From: Isurus oxyrinchus
Taxonomy: Eukaryota
Assembly (NCBI GenBank): GCA_026770705.1
Contig: JANJGN010000008.1
Span: 106,268,001-106,332,000, forward strand
Length of the DNA stretch: 64,000 nucleotides
Direction of reading: 5' to 3'
Part shown: positions 12,401 through 27,400 of the stretch, one piece after another
Layout of the letters: each line of letters opens with the position of its first letter
Numbering within the stretch: position 1 is the first letter of the stretch
Made by a program: the position numbers and the translations under genes
The notes under the pieces: generated by a model
Seen by the model: the letters and a program-made list of their open reading frames with translations, nothing else
Told to the model about the DNA's origin: nothing
Database searches by the model: none

Positions 12401-15400
12401 CCCGCCCAACCCTACTCAGCCCATCTACCCCACCCAAACCCGACCCAGCCCGAGTATCCTCCCCAACCCGTCCGAGCCCGACTGCAACATCAAACCTGGT
12501 CCAGCATGAATACACGCCAAACACGACCTAGCTCGAATACCCCCTGTAAACCCAAACCAGCCCAACCATCCCCCCCCAAAACGAAAGCCCGACTATTCAC
12601 ACAACCCGACCCAGCACGACTACACCTCCAGCCCGACCCAGCCCGAGAGCCCCCACAACCCGACCGAGCCCAACGACCCCCAAACACAACCCAGTCAGAA
12701 TAAACATCAACCCTGACCAAGACGGACTGCCCGCCCAACCCGACCCAGCCCGACTGCACTCCCATTCCCAATCTAGCTCGATTACTCCCCCAAACCCGAC
12801 CCAGACCGACTACATGCCCCAAACACAACCTAGCCCGACTGCCCCCCAAACCGAACACAGTCCGACGACCTGACCCAAACCGGACCCAGCCCAACTACCC
12901 ACCAAACCTGTCCCAAACCGACTACGAAACAAACGTCACCCAGCCCGACTATGCCCCCTAACCCAGCCGGTTCCAACTACCACCTCAAACCTGAACCAGT
13001 CCGACCACCCCGCAATCCCGACAAATCCCCAATGCCCCCTCTAAACCTGACCCAGCCCGACTAAACCCCCAGAACCGACACAGCCCGACTCGCCACCCAA
13101 AACCCACTGAGCCCAAATGTTCCCCAAACCTGACCAGGCCAGACAACCTGCTCCAAACCCAACCTAGACCAAATACCCCTTCAAAACTCAACCTAGCTTG
13201 ACTGCCCCATCTAAACCCGACACAGCCCGACTCCGCAAACCCGTCCCAGCCTGATTACCCGTCCCAAACCCGACCTAGCCCGACTGCCCCACCCAAACCA
13301 GACCCATCCCGAATACACCACTCAAACCCGACCAATCCCGACTACCTACTCCAAACCCAACCTAGCCCGACTGCACGCCTCATACCCACCAATCCTGTCC
13401 CAGACTGACTACACAACAAACCTCATCCAGCAGGACTATGCACCACAACACGACCGATTCTGACTACCCTTTAAATCTGATCCAGCCCAACTACCTCCCA
13501 AAACCTGACCCAGCCCGACTAACTGCCCCACACCCAACCTAGCCCGACTGCACCTCCAAACCAAAACCAGACCCACTACCTGTCCCAAAATCAACCTAGA
13601 CCAATTGCCCCCCCCAAACCAGACCTAGCCCGACTACCACCCCAAAATGACACAGCCCAGCTATTCACACATCCCAACCCAGCCCGACTACACCCTAAAC
13701 AAGAACCAGCCCAACTACCCATCAAAAGTGACCCAACCCTACTACTGCCCAAACCCGACCGAGCCTGACAACCCCCAAACTTAACCCAGCCCGACTACCC
13801 ATCCATACTGACCCAGCCAGACTATCCCCCCAACACAACCGAGCCCGACTAACCCCTCAAACCTGATCAAGCCCGACTAACTCCACAAAAACGACCCAGA
13901 CCAACTATGTCCTAAAACCCCACCCAGCCTGAATACCCCCCGAAAAAGACCCATCACAACTGCCCCCCTAACATGAACCAGTCCAAACAACCCCCAAATC
14001 CAACCCAGCCCGAATTAATCCCCAAACCTGACAAAGCCCGAATAGCCCCCAAACTCGACATAGCCCGACAACCCACCAAAACTCAAACCACCCGACTACC
14101 CCACAAACCCAGCCCAACCCAACAACCCCCCTAACCCCAACCTAGCTTGACTGCCCCATCTAAACAAGACCCAGCCCGACTACACCTCCAAACTCGACCC
14201 AGCCTGACTACCCCACCCAAACCCGACCCAGCCTGACTATCCCCCCCGACACAACCGAGCCCGACTATCCCCTCAATCTTGATCCACCTTGACTACCCCA
14301 CCAAACCCAACCAAGCCTGACTACACCAACCAAACCCAACATAGCCTGACTACCACCGCAAACATGACCCAGACTGACTACCACCCCTCAAACGCAACTT
14401 AGCCCGACTGACCCCTCTGAACCCAACAGAGGCCGAAGGCACACCCAAACCCAACCTAGCCCAACAGCCGCCTCAATCCAACCCAGCCCGAACACCCCCC
14501 ACAACATGACCCAGCCCGACTAACACCCCCCACAATCGGACCCAGCTGGAAAACCCCACCACAATCCCACACAGCCCCACAACCCCCCAATAATCCGACC
14601 CATCCCAACAACACCCCCACAACCCGACCCAACCCGACTACCCCACCCACAACTCGACCCAGCCTGACAAACCGCCAAAACCAGACGCAGCCCGACTATG
14701 ACCCCCACAACACGACCCAGCCCGACTGCACCCCACAACTGGAGCCACCCTGACTACCCTCCAAACCCGATCCAGCATGACTGCCCCCCAAAACTGAACC
14801 AGCCCAAACAACCCCTCAAACCCGACCCAGCCCGAATATACCCCCCACAACCAGATCCAGCCGGACTAACACCCCCAAAACCCAACCAATCCCGACTGCC
14901 CCCCAAACCTGAACCAGCCTGAACCAACTATCAAACATGACGCAGCCCGAATAGTCCTCATGCCCGACACAGCCCGACTAACACCCCCAAACCCGACCCA
15001 GTCCGACTGTCCCTCCCACAACCCAACCCAGCCCGAATATCCACTCAAACCCGACCAAACCCAACTACCCCCCACAAAACCCGACCTAGCCTGATTGACC
15101 CCACAATGCGACCTAGCCCGACTACACCACCCACAACCCAACTTAACCTGACCCAACCCGACTACACACCCATAACCCAACCCAGCCTGAGTACGGCCCC
15201 AATCCGACCCAACCTGACTACACCCCCACAAGAGGACCCAACCTGACTACCACCGAACATCCAACTTAGCCCGTCTGCGCCCTTTAAACCCATCCCACCC
15301 TGACTACCCGCCCCAAACCCAACCTAGCCCTACTTCTCCACCCAAATCGACCCAGCCTGACGAACACCCAAATGTGACCCAGCCCGACTACCCATCAAAT

Positions 15401-18400
15401 CTCACCCAGGCCGACTATCCCCCCAAACATGGCAGAGGCCTTCTGCCCCCTCACACCTGATCCAGGCCAACTACCCCCTCAAACCCAACCCAGCGCGATG
15501 ATGCCCCAAAACCCCACCCTGCCCGAATACCCCCAAACCCGAGGCATCTTGAATGTCCCCCAAACATGAACCAGTCCGAACAACGCCGCAAACCCAACCA
15601 AGCACGACTAACCACCCAAACCCGACACAAACCATTACTCACCCCAAATCCTACCTAGCCGGACAGCCCCCTCTAAACCCAACCAAGCCCAACTACCCCC
15701 CCTCCCCAAAATGACACAGCCCAATTATTCATACAATCCGACCCAGCCCAACTACACCCCCAGCCCGACTCAGCCTGACTGCCCCCCCGACCCAACCGAG
15801 CCCGACAACCCCCAAACAAGACCCAGCCAGCATAACAACCAAACCTGAACCAGACTGACTGCCCGCCCAACCCGACCCAGCCCAACTACCCCACCCAAAC
15901 CCAAACTAGCCCGACTCACCCCCCAAACCCGACACACACCATTACCTACCCCAAACCCAAACTAGCTGGACAGCACCCTCTATACCAGATCCAGCCCAAC
16001 TACCGCCCCCAAACTCAACCCAGCCAGACTAACTGGCCCAAAACACAACTGAGCCTGACTGCCCTCAACCAGACCGAGCCCGACCTCCCCACCCAAACTT
16101 GACCCAGCCCAACTATCCCCCCCAACCCGACCAAGCCTGACTGTCCCCTCAAACCTGATCAAGCCCGACTACCCCCCCAAAGCCGACCTAGCCCGAATGC
16201 CCCCTGTAATCTCGACCAAGCTCGATTACCAACCCCCAAAAAGACACAACATGACTATTCACACAACCCGACCCAGTCCGACTACACCCCCAGCCGTACC
16301 CAGCCCGACTGCCCCACCAAGCCTATAGAGCAAAACAACCCCCAAATCCAACCAAGTCCGACTTCCCCCCCAATCCGACCCAGCCCGATGAACCCCTAAA
16401 CCCGACCCAGCCCAACTATCCCACCCAAACCCAACCCAGCCCGACTACCCACCAAGCCTGACCCAACCCAATTATCCCCCGCAAAGCGACCGAGCCCAAC
16501 TCAGTCCCAAAACCCAACCCAGCCCAACTACCCCCCAAACCAGACCCATCCCGACCGGCCACCAAACCTGAAACAGTCCGAACAAACACCATACCCAGCC
16601 TGATTACAACCCCCCAAACACGACCAAGCCTGACTACCCACCCCAAACACAACCTAGCCCGACTACCTCCCAAACCCAACCCAGCCCGACGACCCGACCC
16701 AAACCGGACCCAGACCAACTACCCACCAAACCTGTCCCAAAACGACTACGCAACAAACCTCACCCAGCCCGACTATGCCCCCCAACCCAGCCGATTCCGA
16801 CTACCACCTCAAACCTGAACCAGTCCGACCACCCCCCAAACCCGACAAATCCCCAATGCCCCCTCTAAACCAGACCCAGCCCGACTAAACCCCCAGAAAT
16901 GACACAGCCCATCTACCCACCCAAAACCCAACTGAGCCCAAATGTTCCCCAAACCCAACCAGGCCGGACAACCTGCCCCAAACCCAACCTAGACCAAATA
17001 CCCCCTCGAAACTCAACCTAGCTTGACTGTACCATCTAAACCCGACACAGCCCGACTCCGCAAACCCGTCCCAGCCTGATTATCCGACCCACACCCGACC
17101 TAGCCCGACTGCCCCACCCAAACCAGACCCATCCTGAATACACCACCCAAACCCGATCCATCCCGACTACCTACTCCAAACCCAACCTAGCCCGACTGCG
17201 CCCCTCATACCCACCAATCCTGTCCCAGACTGACTATACAACAAACCTCATCCAGCAGGACTATGCACCACAACACGACCGATTCTGACTACCCCTTAAA
17301 TCTGATCCAGCCCGACTACCTCCCAAAACCTCACTCAGCCCGACTACCTGCCCCACACCCAACCTAGCCCGACTGCATCTCCAAACCGAACCCAGCCCCG
17401 CTACCCATCCCAAAATCAACCTAGACAGATTGCCCCCCCCAAACCAGACCTAGCCCGACTACCACCCCAAAATGACACAGCCCAGCTATTCTCACATCCC
17501 AACCCAGCCTGACTACACCCCAAACAAGAACCAGCCCAACTACCCATCAAAAGTGACCCAACCCGACTACCCCGCAAACCCAACCGAGCCCGACAACCGC
17601 CAAACACAACCCAGCCCGACTAACCCGTCAAACCTGATCCAGCCCGACTAACTCCCCAAAAATGACCCAGACCAACTTTGTCCTAAAACCCCACCCAGCC
17701 AGAATACCCCCAGAACCCGACCCAACACAACTGCCCCCCTAACCTGAACCAGTCCAAACAACCCCCAAATCCAACCAAGCACGAATTAATCCCCAAACCT
17801 GACAAAGCCCGAATAGCCCCCAAACCCGACATAGCCCGACAACCCACCAAAACTCAACCCAACCCGACTACCCCCCAAGCCCAGCCCAACCCAACAACCC
17901 CCCTAACCCCAACCTAGCTTGACCGCCCCATCTAAACAAGACCCAGCCTGACTATACCTCCAAACCCGACCCAGCCTGACTACCCCACCCAAACCCGACC
18001 CAGCCTGACTATCCCCCCCGACACAACCGAGCCCGACTATCCCCTCAATCTTGATCCACCTTGACTACCCCACCAAACCCAACCAAGCCTGACTACACCA
18101 ACCAAACCCAACATAGCCTGACTACCACCGCAAACATGACCCAGACTGACTACCACCCCTCAAACCCAACTTAGCCCGACTGACCTCTCTGAACCCAACA
18201 TAGCCCGCATGCACACCGAAACCCAACCTAGCCCAACAGCCACCCTAATCCGACCCAGCCTGAACACCCCCCACAACACGACCCAGCCCGACTATCCCCC
18301 CCAACCCGACTGAGCCCATCTACCCCCTCAAACCTGACCCAGCCCAGCTACCCCCTCAAACCCAACCCAGCTTGACTATGCCCCAAAACCACACCCAGCC

Positions 18401-21400
18401 CGAATACCCCCTAAACCCAACATATCCCGACTGCCCCCCAAAACTGAACCAGTCTGAACAACTCCCCAATCCTGACCCATCCTGAGTACAGACCCAAACA
18501 TGACCCAGCCCGAATAGACATCAAAACTGACCCAGCTTAACTAACCCCCTAATGCCAACCTAGCCCGACTAACCCCTCAAACCCAACACAGACCATTACC
18601 CACCCAAAACCCAACCAAGCAGGAGAGCCATTTCTAAACCTGACCCAGCCCGACTACCGCCCCCATACCCAACCCAGCCATACTACCTGCCCCAAAACCA
18701 AGTGAGCCTGACTGCCCCGCCTACCCGCCCTAGCCCGAATGCCCTCGTAAACCCGACCCAGCCCGACTATCCCCCCAAAATGGCACAGCCCGATTATTCA
18801 AACAACCGGACCCAGCCCGACTACAACCCCAGTCCGACCCAGCCTGACTTTCCCCCCTACCCAACCAAGCCCGACAACCCCCAAACAAGACCCAGCCAGC
18901 ATACCAACCAAACCTGAACCAGACTGACTGCCCGCCCAACCCGACCCAGCCAACTACCCCACCCAAATCCAAACTAGCCCGACTCACCCCCCCAGACCCG
19001 ACACAGACCATTACCTACCCCAAACCCAAACTAGCTGGACAGCACCCTCTATACCCGACCCAGCTTGACTACCGCCCCCAAACCCAACTCAACCAGACTA
19101 ACCAGCCCAAAACACAACTGAGCCTGACTGCCCCGCAACCCGACCGAGCTCTACCTCCCTACTCAAACTCGACCCGGCCTGACTATACCCCCCAACCCAA
19201 CCAAGCCCAACTGCCCCCTCAAACCTGATCAAGCCCGACTACCCCCCCAAAGCCGACCTAGCCTGAATGCCCCCTGTAAACTTGACCAAGCTTGATTACC
19301 AACCTCCAAAAAGACACAACATGACTAGTCACACAACCCGACCCAGCCCGACTACACCCCCAGCCGGACCCAGCCCGACTGCCCCACCAAGCCTATGGAG
19401 CAAAACAACCCCCAAACCCAACCAAGCCCGACTTCCCCCCGAATCTGAACCAGCCCAACGAACGCCTAAACCCGACCCAGCCCGACTACCCTCCAAAACC
19501 CCCCCCCAGCCCAACTATCCCCCCCAACCCGACTGAGCCTGTCTACCCCCTCAAACCTTTTCCAGCCCAACTACCCCCTCAAACACAACCCAGCTTGACT
19601 ATGCCCCAAAACCATACCCAGCCCGAATACCCCCTAAACCCAACATATCCCGACTGCTCCCCAAACCTGAACCAGTCTGAACAACTCCCCAAACCCGACC
19701 CATCCTGAGTACAGACCCAAACATGACCCAGCCCGAATAGACATCAAAACTGACCCAGCTTGACTAACCCCCTAAACCCAACCTAGCCCGACTAACCCCG
19801 CAAACCCAACACAGACCATTACCCACCCAAAACCCAACCAAGCCGGACAGCCACTTCTAAACCTGACCCAGCCCGACTAACGCCCCCATACCCAACCCAG
19901 CCAGACTACCCGCTCCAAACCCAACTGTGCCTGACTGCCCTGCCAACCCGCCCTAGCCCGAATGCCCCCGTAAACCCGACCCAGCCCGACTATCCCCCCA
20001 AAATGGCACAGCCCGATTATTCACACAACCAGACCCAGCCCAACTACACGCACAGCCCGACCCCACCCAACTGCCCCCCCAACCTGACCCAGCCCTACAA
20101 CCCCCAAACAAGACCCAGCCAGAATACCCATGAAACCTGACCCAGACCGACTGCCCGCCCAACCCGACCCAGGCCAACTACAACAACCAAACCCGACCCA
20201 GACCAACGATCCCCCCAGTGCGAGCGAGACCGACTGCCCCCTCAAACCTGATCCAGTCTGATTACTCCCCCAAACCCGACCGAACCCTAATGCTACATAC
20301 AAACCCGACCCCACCTGACTAACCTCTTCCGAAATGAGACGTCCGACTATTCACAAAACCCGACCCAGCCCGACTATCCCCCAAACCAACTAAGCCCAAC
20401 AACGCCCAAACCCCACAACCCAGCCAGAATACACACAAAACCTAACCAAGACCGACTGCCTGACCAAACCGACCCAGCCCAACTACCCACCAAACCTGAC
20501 CCAACCCGATTAACCCCCACAAACCAACCAAGCCCAACTGCCCCCCAAGTTTTATCCAGCCCAACTACGTTCCAAAACCACATCCAGCCCGACTACAGCC
20601 CCAAACCTGACCCATTCCAACTGCCCCCCAAACCTGAAACAGTCCAAACAAACACCAAACTCGACCCAGCCCGAATACTCCCCCAAACCCAACATATCCC
20701 GACTATCCATCCAAACTCAAGCCAACACAAATACACCCCCAAACCCGACCCAACCCGAATACACCCCCAAACCAAACATAGCCCAAATATCCATCCAAAC
20801 CCAAGCCAACACGACTACCCCCCAAACCCGACCCAGCCCGAATACACCCCCAAACCCCACCAAGCCCTACAAAGCCCAAACCCAACCAAACCACACTACC
20901 CACCAAACCTGACCCAGCCTGACTATCCCCCTCAACCCGACTGAGCCAGACTACCCCCGCACACCTGATCCAGCCTGACGAACCCCACAAAACTGATCCA
21001 GACTGACTATGACCTAAAACCCAACCAAGCCCGACTAGCCCCCAAACCTGGCCCAGACCATCTACACACCCCCAAACCGAACCTAGCCCAACAGCAACAC
21101 CAACCCGATCCAGCCCGACTGCCACAACCAAACCCGACCCATCCTGACTACTGGCCCCAAACCCGACCTAGTCCTACTGCCCCACCAACCCGACGCAGCC
21201 CAACTACAAACCCAAAACCAACCCAGCCCGACTACCGGCCCCAAACATGACATAGCCCGACTGCCCCACCAACCCGACCCAGCCCGACTACCCCACCCAA
21301 ACCCAACCCATCCCGACTACCCACCAAACCTGACAAATGCCAGACTATCCCCGCCAACCAGACTGAGCTGAACTACCCAAAAAAACACACCCAGCCCGCA

Positions 21401-24400
21401 TATCCCCCCCAACCCGACCCAGCCCGTGTACCTGCTCAAACCGGATCCAGCCTGACTACCCCCTCAAACCAAACCCAGCATGACTATGCACCAAAACCAC
21501 ACCCAGTCCGAATACCCCCCAAACCAGACACATCCCGACTGCCCTACAAACCTGAACCAGTCCAAAGAACCCCCCGAATCCGACCCATCCTGAATACAGC
21601 CCCAAACACAACCTAGACCGACAAAACCCCCTAAAGCCGAATGAACACGACTGCAGCCCCAAAACCTGATCCAGCCTGATTACTCCACAATCCCGAAATA
21701 GCCCAAATGCCCCCGTAAACCCGATGCAGCCCGACTATTACCACAAAATGACACAGCCCGATTATTCACACAACCCAAACCAACCCGACTACACCCCCAG
21801 CCCGACCCAGCCAGACTGACCCCCAACCCGACCGAGCCCGACTGCCCCATCAAACCTCATCCAGCCTGATTACTGCCCCAAACCCGACCTAGCCCAAATG
21901 CAGTGTACAAACTCGACCCAGTCCAACTACCCCCCCCATGAAACATCACAGCCCGACTATTCACACATCCTGACCCAGCCTGAGTAGCCCCCAACCCGAC
22001 CTAGCCCAACAACCCCCAAACAAAACCCAGCCAGAATACACACCAAAGCTGACCAAGACCGACTGCCCGCCCAACCCGACCCAGCATGACTACCCCACCC
22101 CAGAACGAACCAGCCCCATTACCCACCAAACTTGACCCAGCCCGATTAAACCCCCAACACGACAAAGCCTGACTGGCCCCCAAACCTGACCGAGCCTAAC
22201 TACTTCCCAAAACCCCACCCAGCCCGACTACACCCCCAAACCTAAGCAATTCCGACTGCCCCCAACACCTGAAACAGTCCGAACAAACACCAAACCCGAC
22301 CTAGCCCGAATACACCCCCAAACCCAACATAGCCCGACTATCTATCCAAAGCCAAACCAACACAACTACTCCCCCCAAACCCGACCCAGCGCGAATACAC
22401 CAAAAATCCTCACCAAATCCTACAACGCCCAAACCTAACCCAACCCGCCTACCCACCAAACCTGACCCAGAATGACTATCCCCCTCAACCCGACTGAGCC
22501 CGACTATCCCCTCAAGCCTGATCCAGCCGGACTAATCCCCAAAACCGAACCAGACCGACTATGCCCTAAAACCCCACCCAGCCCGACTAGCCACAAAACC
22601 CGACCCAGACCGTCTACACCTCCCCAAACTGAACCTAGCCCACCCAACTGCAACACCAACCCAACCCAGCCCGAATACCCCTACCAAACCTGACCCATCC
22701 TGACTATTGGCCCCAAACCCAACCTAGCCCGTCTGCCCCACCAACCTGACCCAGCCCGACTACAACCCAAACCCGACCCAGCCTGACTACCGGTCCCAAA
22801 CCTGACTTGCCCGACTGCCTCACCAATCCGACCATGCCCGACTACCCCACCCAAACCCAACCCATCCCGACTACCCACCAAACCTGACCCTGCGAGAGTA
22901 TCCCCGCCAACCCGACCGAGCCAAACTACCTACCAAACCACATCCAGCCCGTCTATCCCCCCCCAACCCGACCGAGCCCGTGTACCCGCTCAAACCGGAT
23001 CCAGCCCGACTACCCCCTCAAACCCAACCCTGCCCGAATAGCCCCAAAACCAGACACATCCCGACTGCCCTTCAAACATGAACCAGTCCAAAGAACCCCC
23101 CAAACCTGACCCATCCTGAATAAAGCCCCAAACCCATCCCACCCCAACTAAACCCCCCAATTCCGAATGAACATGACTGCAGCCCCAAACCTGATCCAGC
23201 CTGACTAGCCACCAATCCTGAAATAGCCTGAATGCCCCCGTAAACCAGAACCAGCTCGACAACTACCCCAAAATGACACAGCCCGATTATTCACACAACC
23301 CAAAACATCCCAACTACACCTCCAGCCTGACTCAGCCCAACTGCCCCACCAACCCGACTGAGCCCGACTGCCCCCTCAAACCTGATCCAGCCTGATTACT
23401 GCCCCAAACCCGAACTAGCCCGAATGCAGTGTGCAAACTCGACCTAGCCCAACTACCCCCCCACGAAACGACACAGCCTGACTATTCACACATCCCGACC
23501 CAGCCCGACTACCACCACAACCCAACCGAGCCCCACAACCCCAAAACAAAACCCAGCCAGAATACACACCAAAGCTAACCAAGACCGATTGCCCACCCAA
23601 CCCCACCCAGCCTGACTACCCCACCCAAGACCGAGCCAGCCCCACTACCCACCAAACCTGACCCAGCCCGATTAAACCCCCAACCCGACCAAGCCTGACT
23701 GCCCACCAAACCTGACCCAGCCAAATTACCTCCCAAAACCCCACGCAGCCCGACTACACCCCCAAAACAGACCAATTCCGACTGCCCCCCAAACCTGAAA
23801 CAGTCCGAACAAACACCAAACCCGACCCAGCCTGAACACAGTCCCAAACCCAACATAGCCCAACTATCTTTCCAAACATGAAACAATATGAGTACCCCTC
23901 CAAACCCGACGCAGCCCGACTACACTCCCAAACCCAAACTAGCTGGATTACTCCCCCAAACCTGACGCAGCCTGATTACACCCCCCAAACCCGACCCAAC
24001 CGATTACCTGCCCCAAACCCAACCTAGCCCGACTGCTCCCCAAAACCCGACCCAGCCCGACTACCCAACCCAAACCCGACCCTGCCCGACTACCCACCAA
24101 TCCTGTCCCAGACCGACGACACAACAAACCTCACCCAGCAGGACTATGCACCCCAACGCGACCGATTCCAACTACACCTCAGAACTGATCAAGCCCGACT
24201 ACCTCCCCAACCCGTCCCAGCCCGACTACCTGCCCCAAACCCAAACTTGCCCAACTGCACGTCAAAACCGAACCCAGCCCCACCAACCATCCCAAAACCA
24301 ACCTAGCCAGTTTGCCCCCCGCAAACCAGACCTAGCCCAACTATCTCCCCAAAATGACACAACCCAACTATTCACACATCCCAACCCAGCCCAACTACCC

Positions 24401-27400
24401 CCCAAACCTGACGCAGGCTGACTATTCCCCTCAACCCGACTGAGACCGACTAACCCCTCAAACCAGATCCAGCCCGACTAACCCCCCAAAACCGACCTAG
24501 ACCGACTACGCCCTAAAAACCCACCCAGCACAACTACCCCCTAAACCCAAACCACCCGACTACAACCCCAAACCCGACCCAACCCAACCTAACCCGACTA
24601 CCCCCCATACCCGACCCAGACAAACTATCCCTCCAACCCCAACCTAGCTTGACAGCCCCATCTAAATTCGACTCAGCCCGACTACACCCCCAAACCCAAC
24701 TGAAACCGCCAATTCCCAAACTCAATCCACCCCGACTACCCACCAAACCTGACCCAGCCTGGTTATCCCTCTCAACTCGACCGAGCCCGACTACCCCCTC
24801 AAACCAGATCCAGCCCGACTAAGCCCCCAAAGCTGACCCAGACCGACTACGTCCTAAAAACACACCCAGCCCGAATACCCTCCAAACCCAAACCAACCCG
24901 ACTACACCCCCCAAAAGCCGTCTATCCCAACTACACCGGCAACCCGACCCAGACCAACTACCCCACCCTACCCCAACCCAGCTTGACTGCCCCATCTAAA
25001 CCCGACCCAGCCTGACTACACCCCCAATTCCGACCCAGCCCAACTACCGGCCCGAAACCCAACCTAGTCCAACTGCACCACCAACCCGACGCAGGCCGAC
25101 TACCCCACCCAAACCCGACTACTCACCAAACCTGACACTAGCCGGACTATACCCGCCAACCCGACCGAGCCAGCCTACCCACCAAACCTCACCCTGCCCG
25201 ACTATCCCCCCCAATCCGAACAAGCCCATGTACCCCTTCAAACTTGATCCAGCCCGACTAACCACTCAAACTCAACTCAGCGTGACTATCTCCCAAATCC
25301 CACCCAGCCTGAATACCCCCCAAACCAGATGTGTCCCAACTACCCCCCAAACCCGACCCATCATTTATACAACACCAAACCGAACATAACCCGACTAACC
25401 CCCTAGAGCCGAACCAACACGACTTCACCCCTGAAGCCGACCCAACCCGACTACCCCACCAAACCCAACTTAGCCCGACTAACGCCCCAAACCCGACACA
25501 GACCATTACCCATCCCAAACACAACATAGCCGGACAGCGCCCTCTAAACCCGACCCAGCCCAACTACCACCCCCAAACCCAACCCAGCCAGACTACCAGC
25601 CCCAAACCCAACTGAGCCTGACTGCCCCCCCAACCCGACCCAGCCCGACTACCCCACCCAAACCCGACCCAGCCCGACTATCCCCCCTAAACCGACCGAG
25701 CCTGACTGCCCCCTCAAACCTGATCCAGCCCGAATACCCCCACACCTGAACTAGCCCGAATAGCATTACCCATCCCAAATCCAACATAACCGGACAGCGC
25801 CCTCCAAACCTGACCCAGCCTGACTACCCCCCCTCCCAAAACGACACAGCCCAACTATTCAGACAACCAAACCCAGCCAGACTACACTCCCAGCTCGACC
25901 CAGACCGACTGCCCCCCCAAACCGACCAAGCCCAACCAGCCCCCAAACCTGACTGATCCCGACTGGCCCCCAAACCTGAAACAGTCCAAACAAACACCAT
26001 ACCTGACCAAGCCCCAATACACCCCTAAACCCAATATAGCACGAGTATTCTTCCAAATCCGAACCAACACGACTACCACCCCCAAACATGACCCAGACCA
26101 ACTGCACTCCCAAAACCAACCTAGCCCAAGTACTCCCCCAAACCCGACCCAGACTGTCTAACCCCCAAACCCAACCTAGCCTGACTGCCCCTTCTAAAAC
26201 AGTCCAAGCCTGATTACACACCCCCAAAAACCTACCCAGCCCGACTACGTGCCCCAAATCAACACCAGCACGACTGCCCCCCCAACCCGACCTAGCCCGA
26301 CTCCCCACCAAACCTGTCGCAGCCCGACAACGCAACAAACCTCACCCAGCTCGACTATGCCGCCCAACCCGATCGACTCCGACTACACCCGCAAATCTTA
26401 CCCAGCCCGACTGCACCCCTCAAGGCCAATCCAGCCCGACTAACTGCCCCAAACCCAACCTAGACCATCTACCCCCCCAGCGCCAACCTAGCCCGACTGA
26501 CCCACCAACTCGACCTAGCCCAAGTACCCCACCCATACCCAACCCATCCCGACTACACATCCCAATCCCAAACTAACCCGACTGCCCCCGCAAACCCGAC
26601 TCAGCCCGACTACCACCCCAAACAAGACCCAGCCTGACTACCCGCCAAACCTGACCCAACCCGATTGCCCTCAAACCTGACCGAGACCGACAACCCCCTA
26701 ACCCAACGCAGCCCGACTACCCACCAAACCTGACCCAGCCTGACTATCCTCCCAACCGGACAGAGACCGACTATCCCTTCATACCTGATCCAGCCCGGCT
26801 TACCCCACAAAACCAATCCTGACTGACTATGCCCTAAACCCCCATCCAGCCCGACTACCCCCCAAACCCGAACCAACCCAACTGCCCTCCTAAACTGAAC
26901 CAGTCCCAACAACCTCCAAACCCGACCCAGCCTGAATACAACCCCAAACATGACCCAGCCTGAATAGCTACTGAAATCCTACCTAGCTCGCCTAACCCCC
27001 AAAACCGACCCTGACAAACTACCCCCACCAACCACAACCTAGCTTGACTGCCCCATCTAAACCTGACCCTGCCTGACTACACCCCCCAACCCGACCGAGC
27101 CCGACAACCCCCAATCCAAGCCATCCCAACTACTAACCAAACCTTACCCAGCCTGACTATCCCTCTCAACTCGACCGAGCCCGACTACCCCCTCAAAGCT
27201 GATCCAGCCCGACTAAACCCCCAAACCTGACCCAGACCAACTATGCCCTAAATACCCACCCAGCCCGACTACCCTCCAAATCCAAACCAACCCGACTACC
27301 CCCGCAAAACCCGACCCAACCCAACAACACTCCCAACCTGACTGAGACCAACTACACCCCCCAACACCAAACTAGCTTGAATGCCCCATCTAAACCCAAG

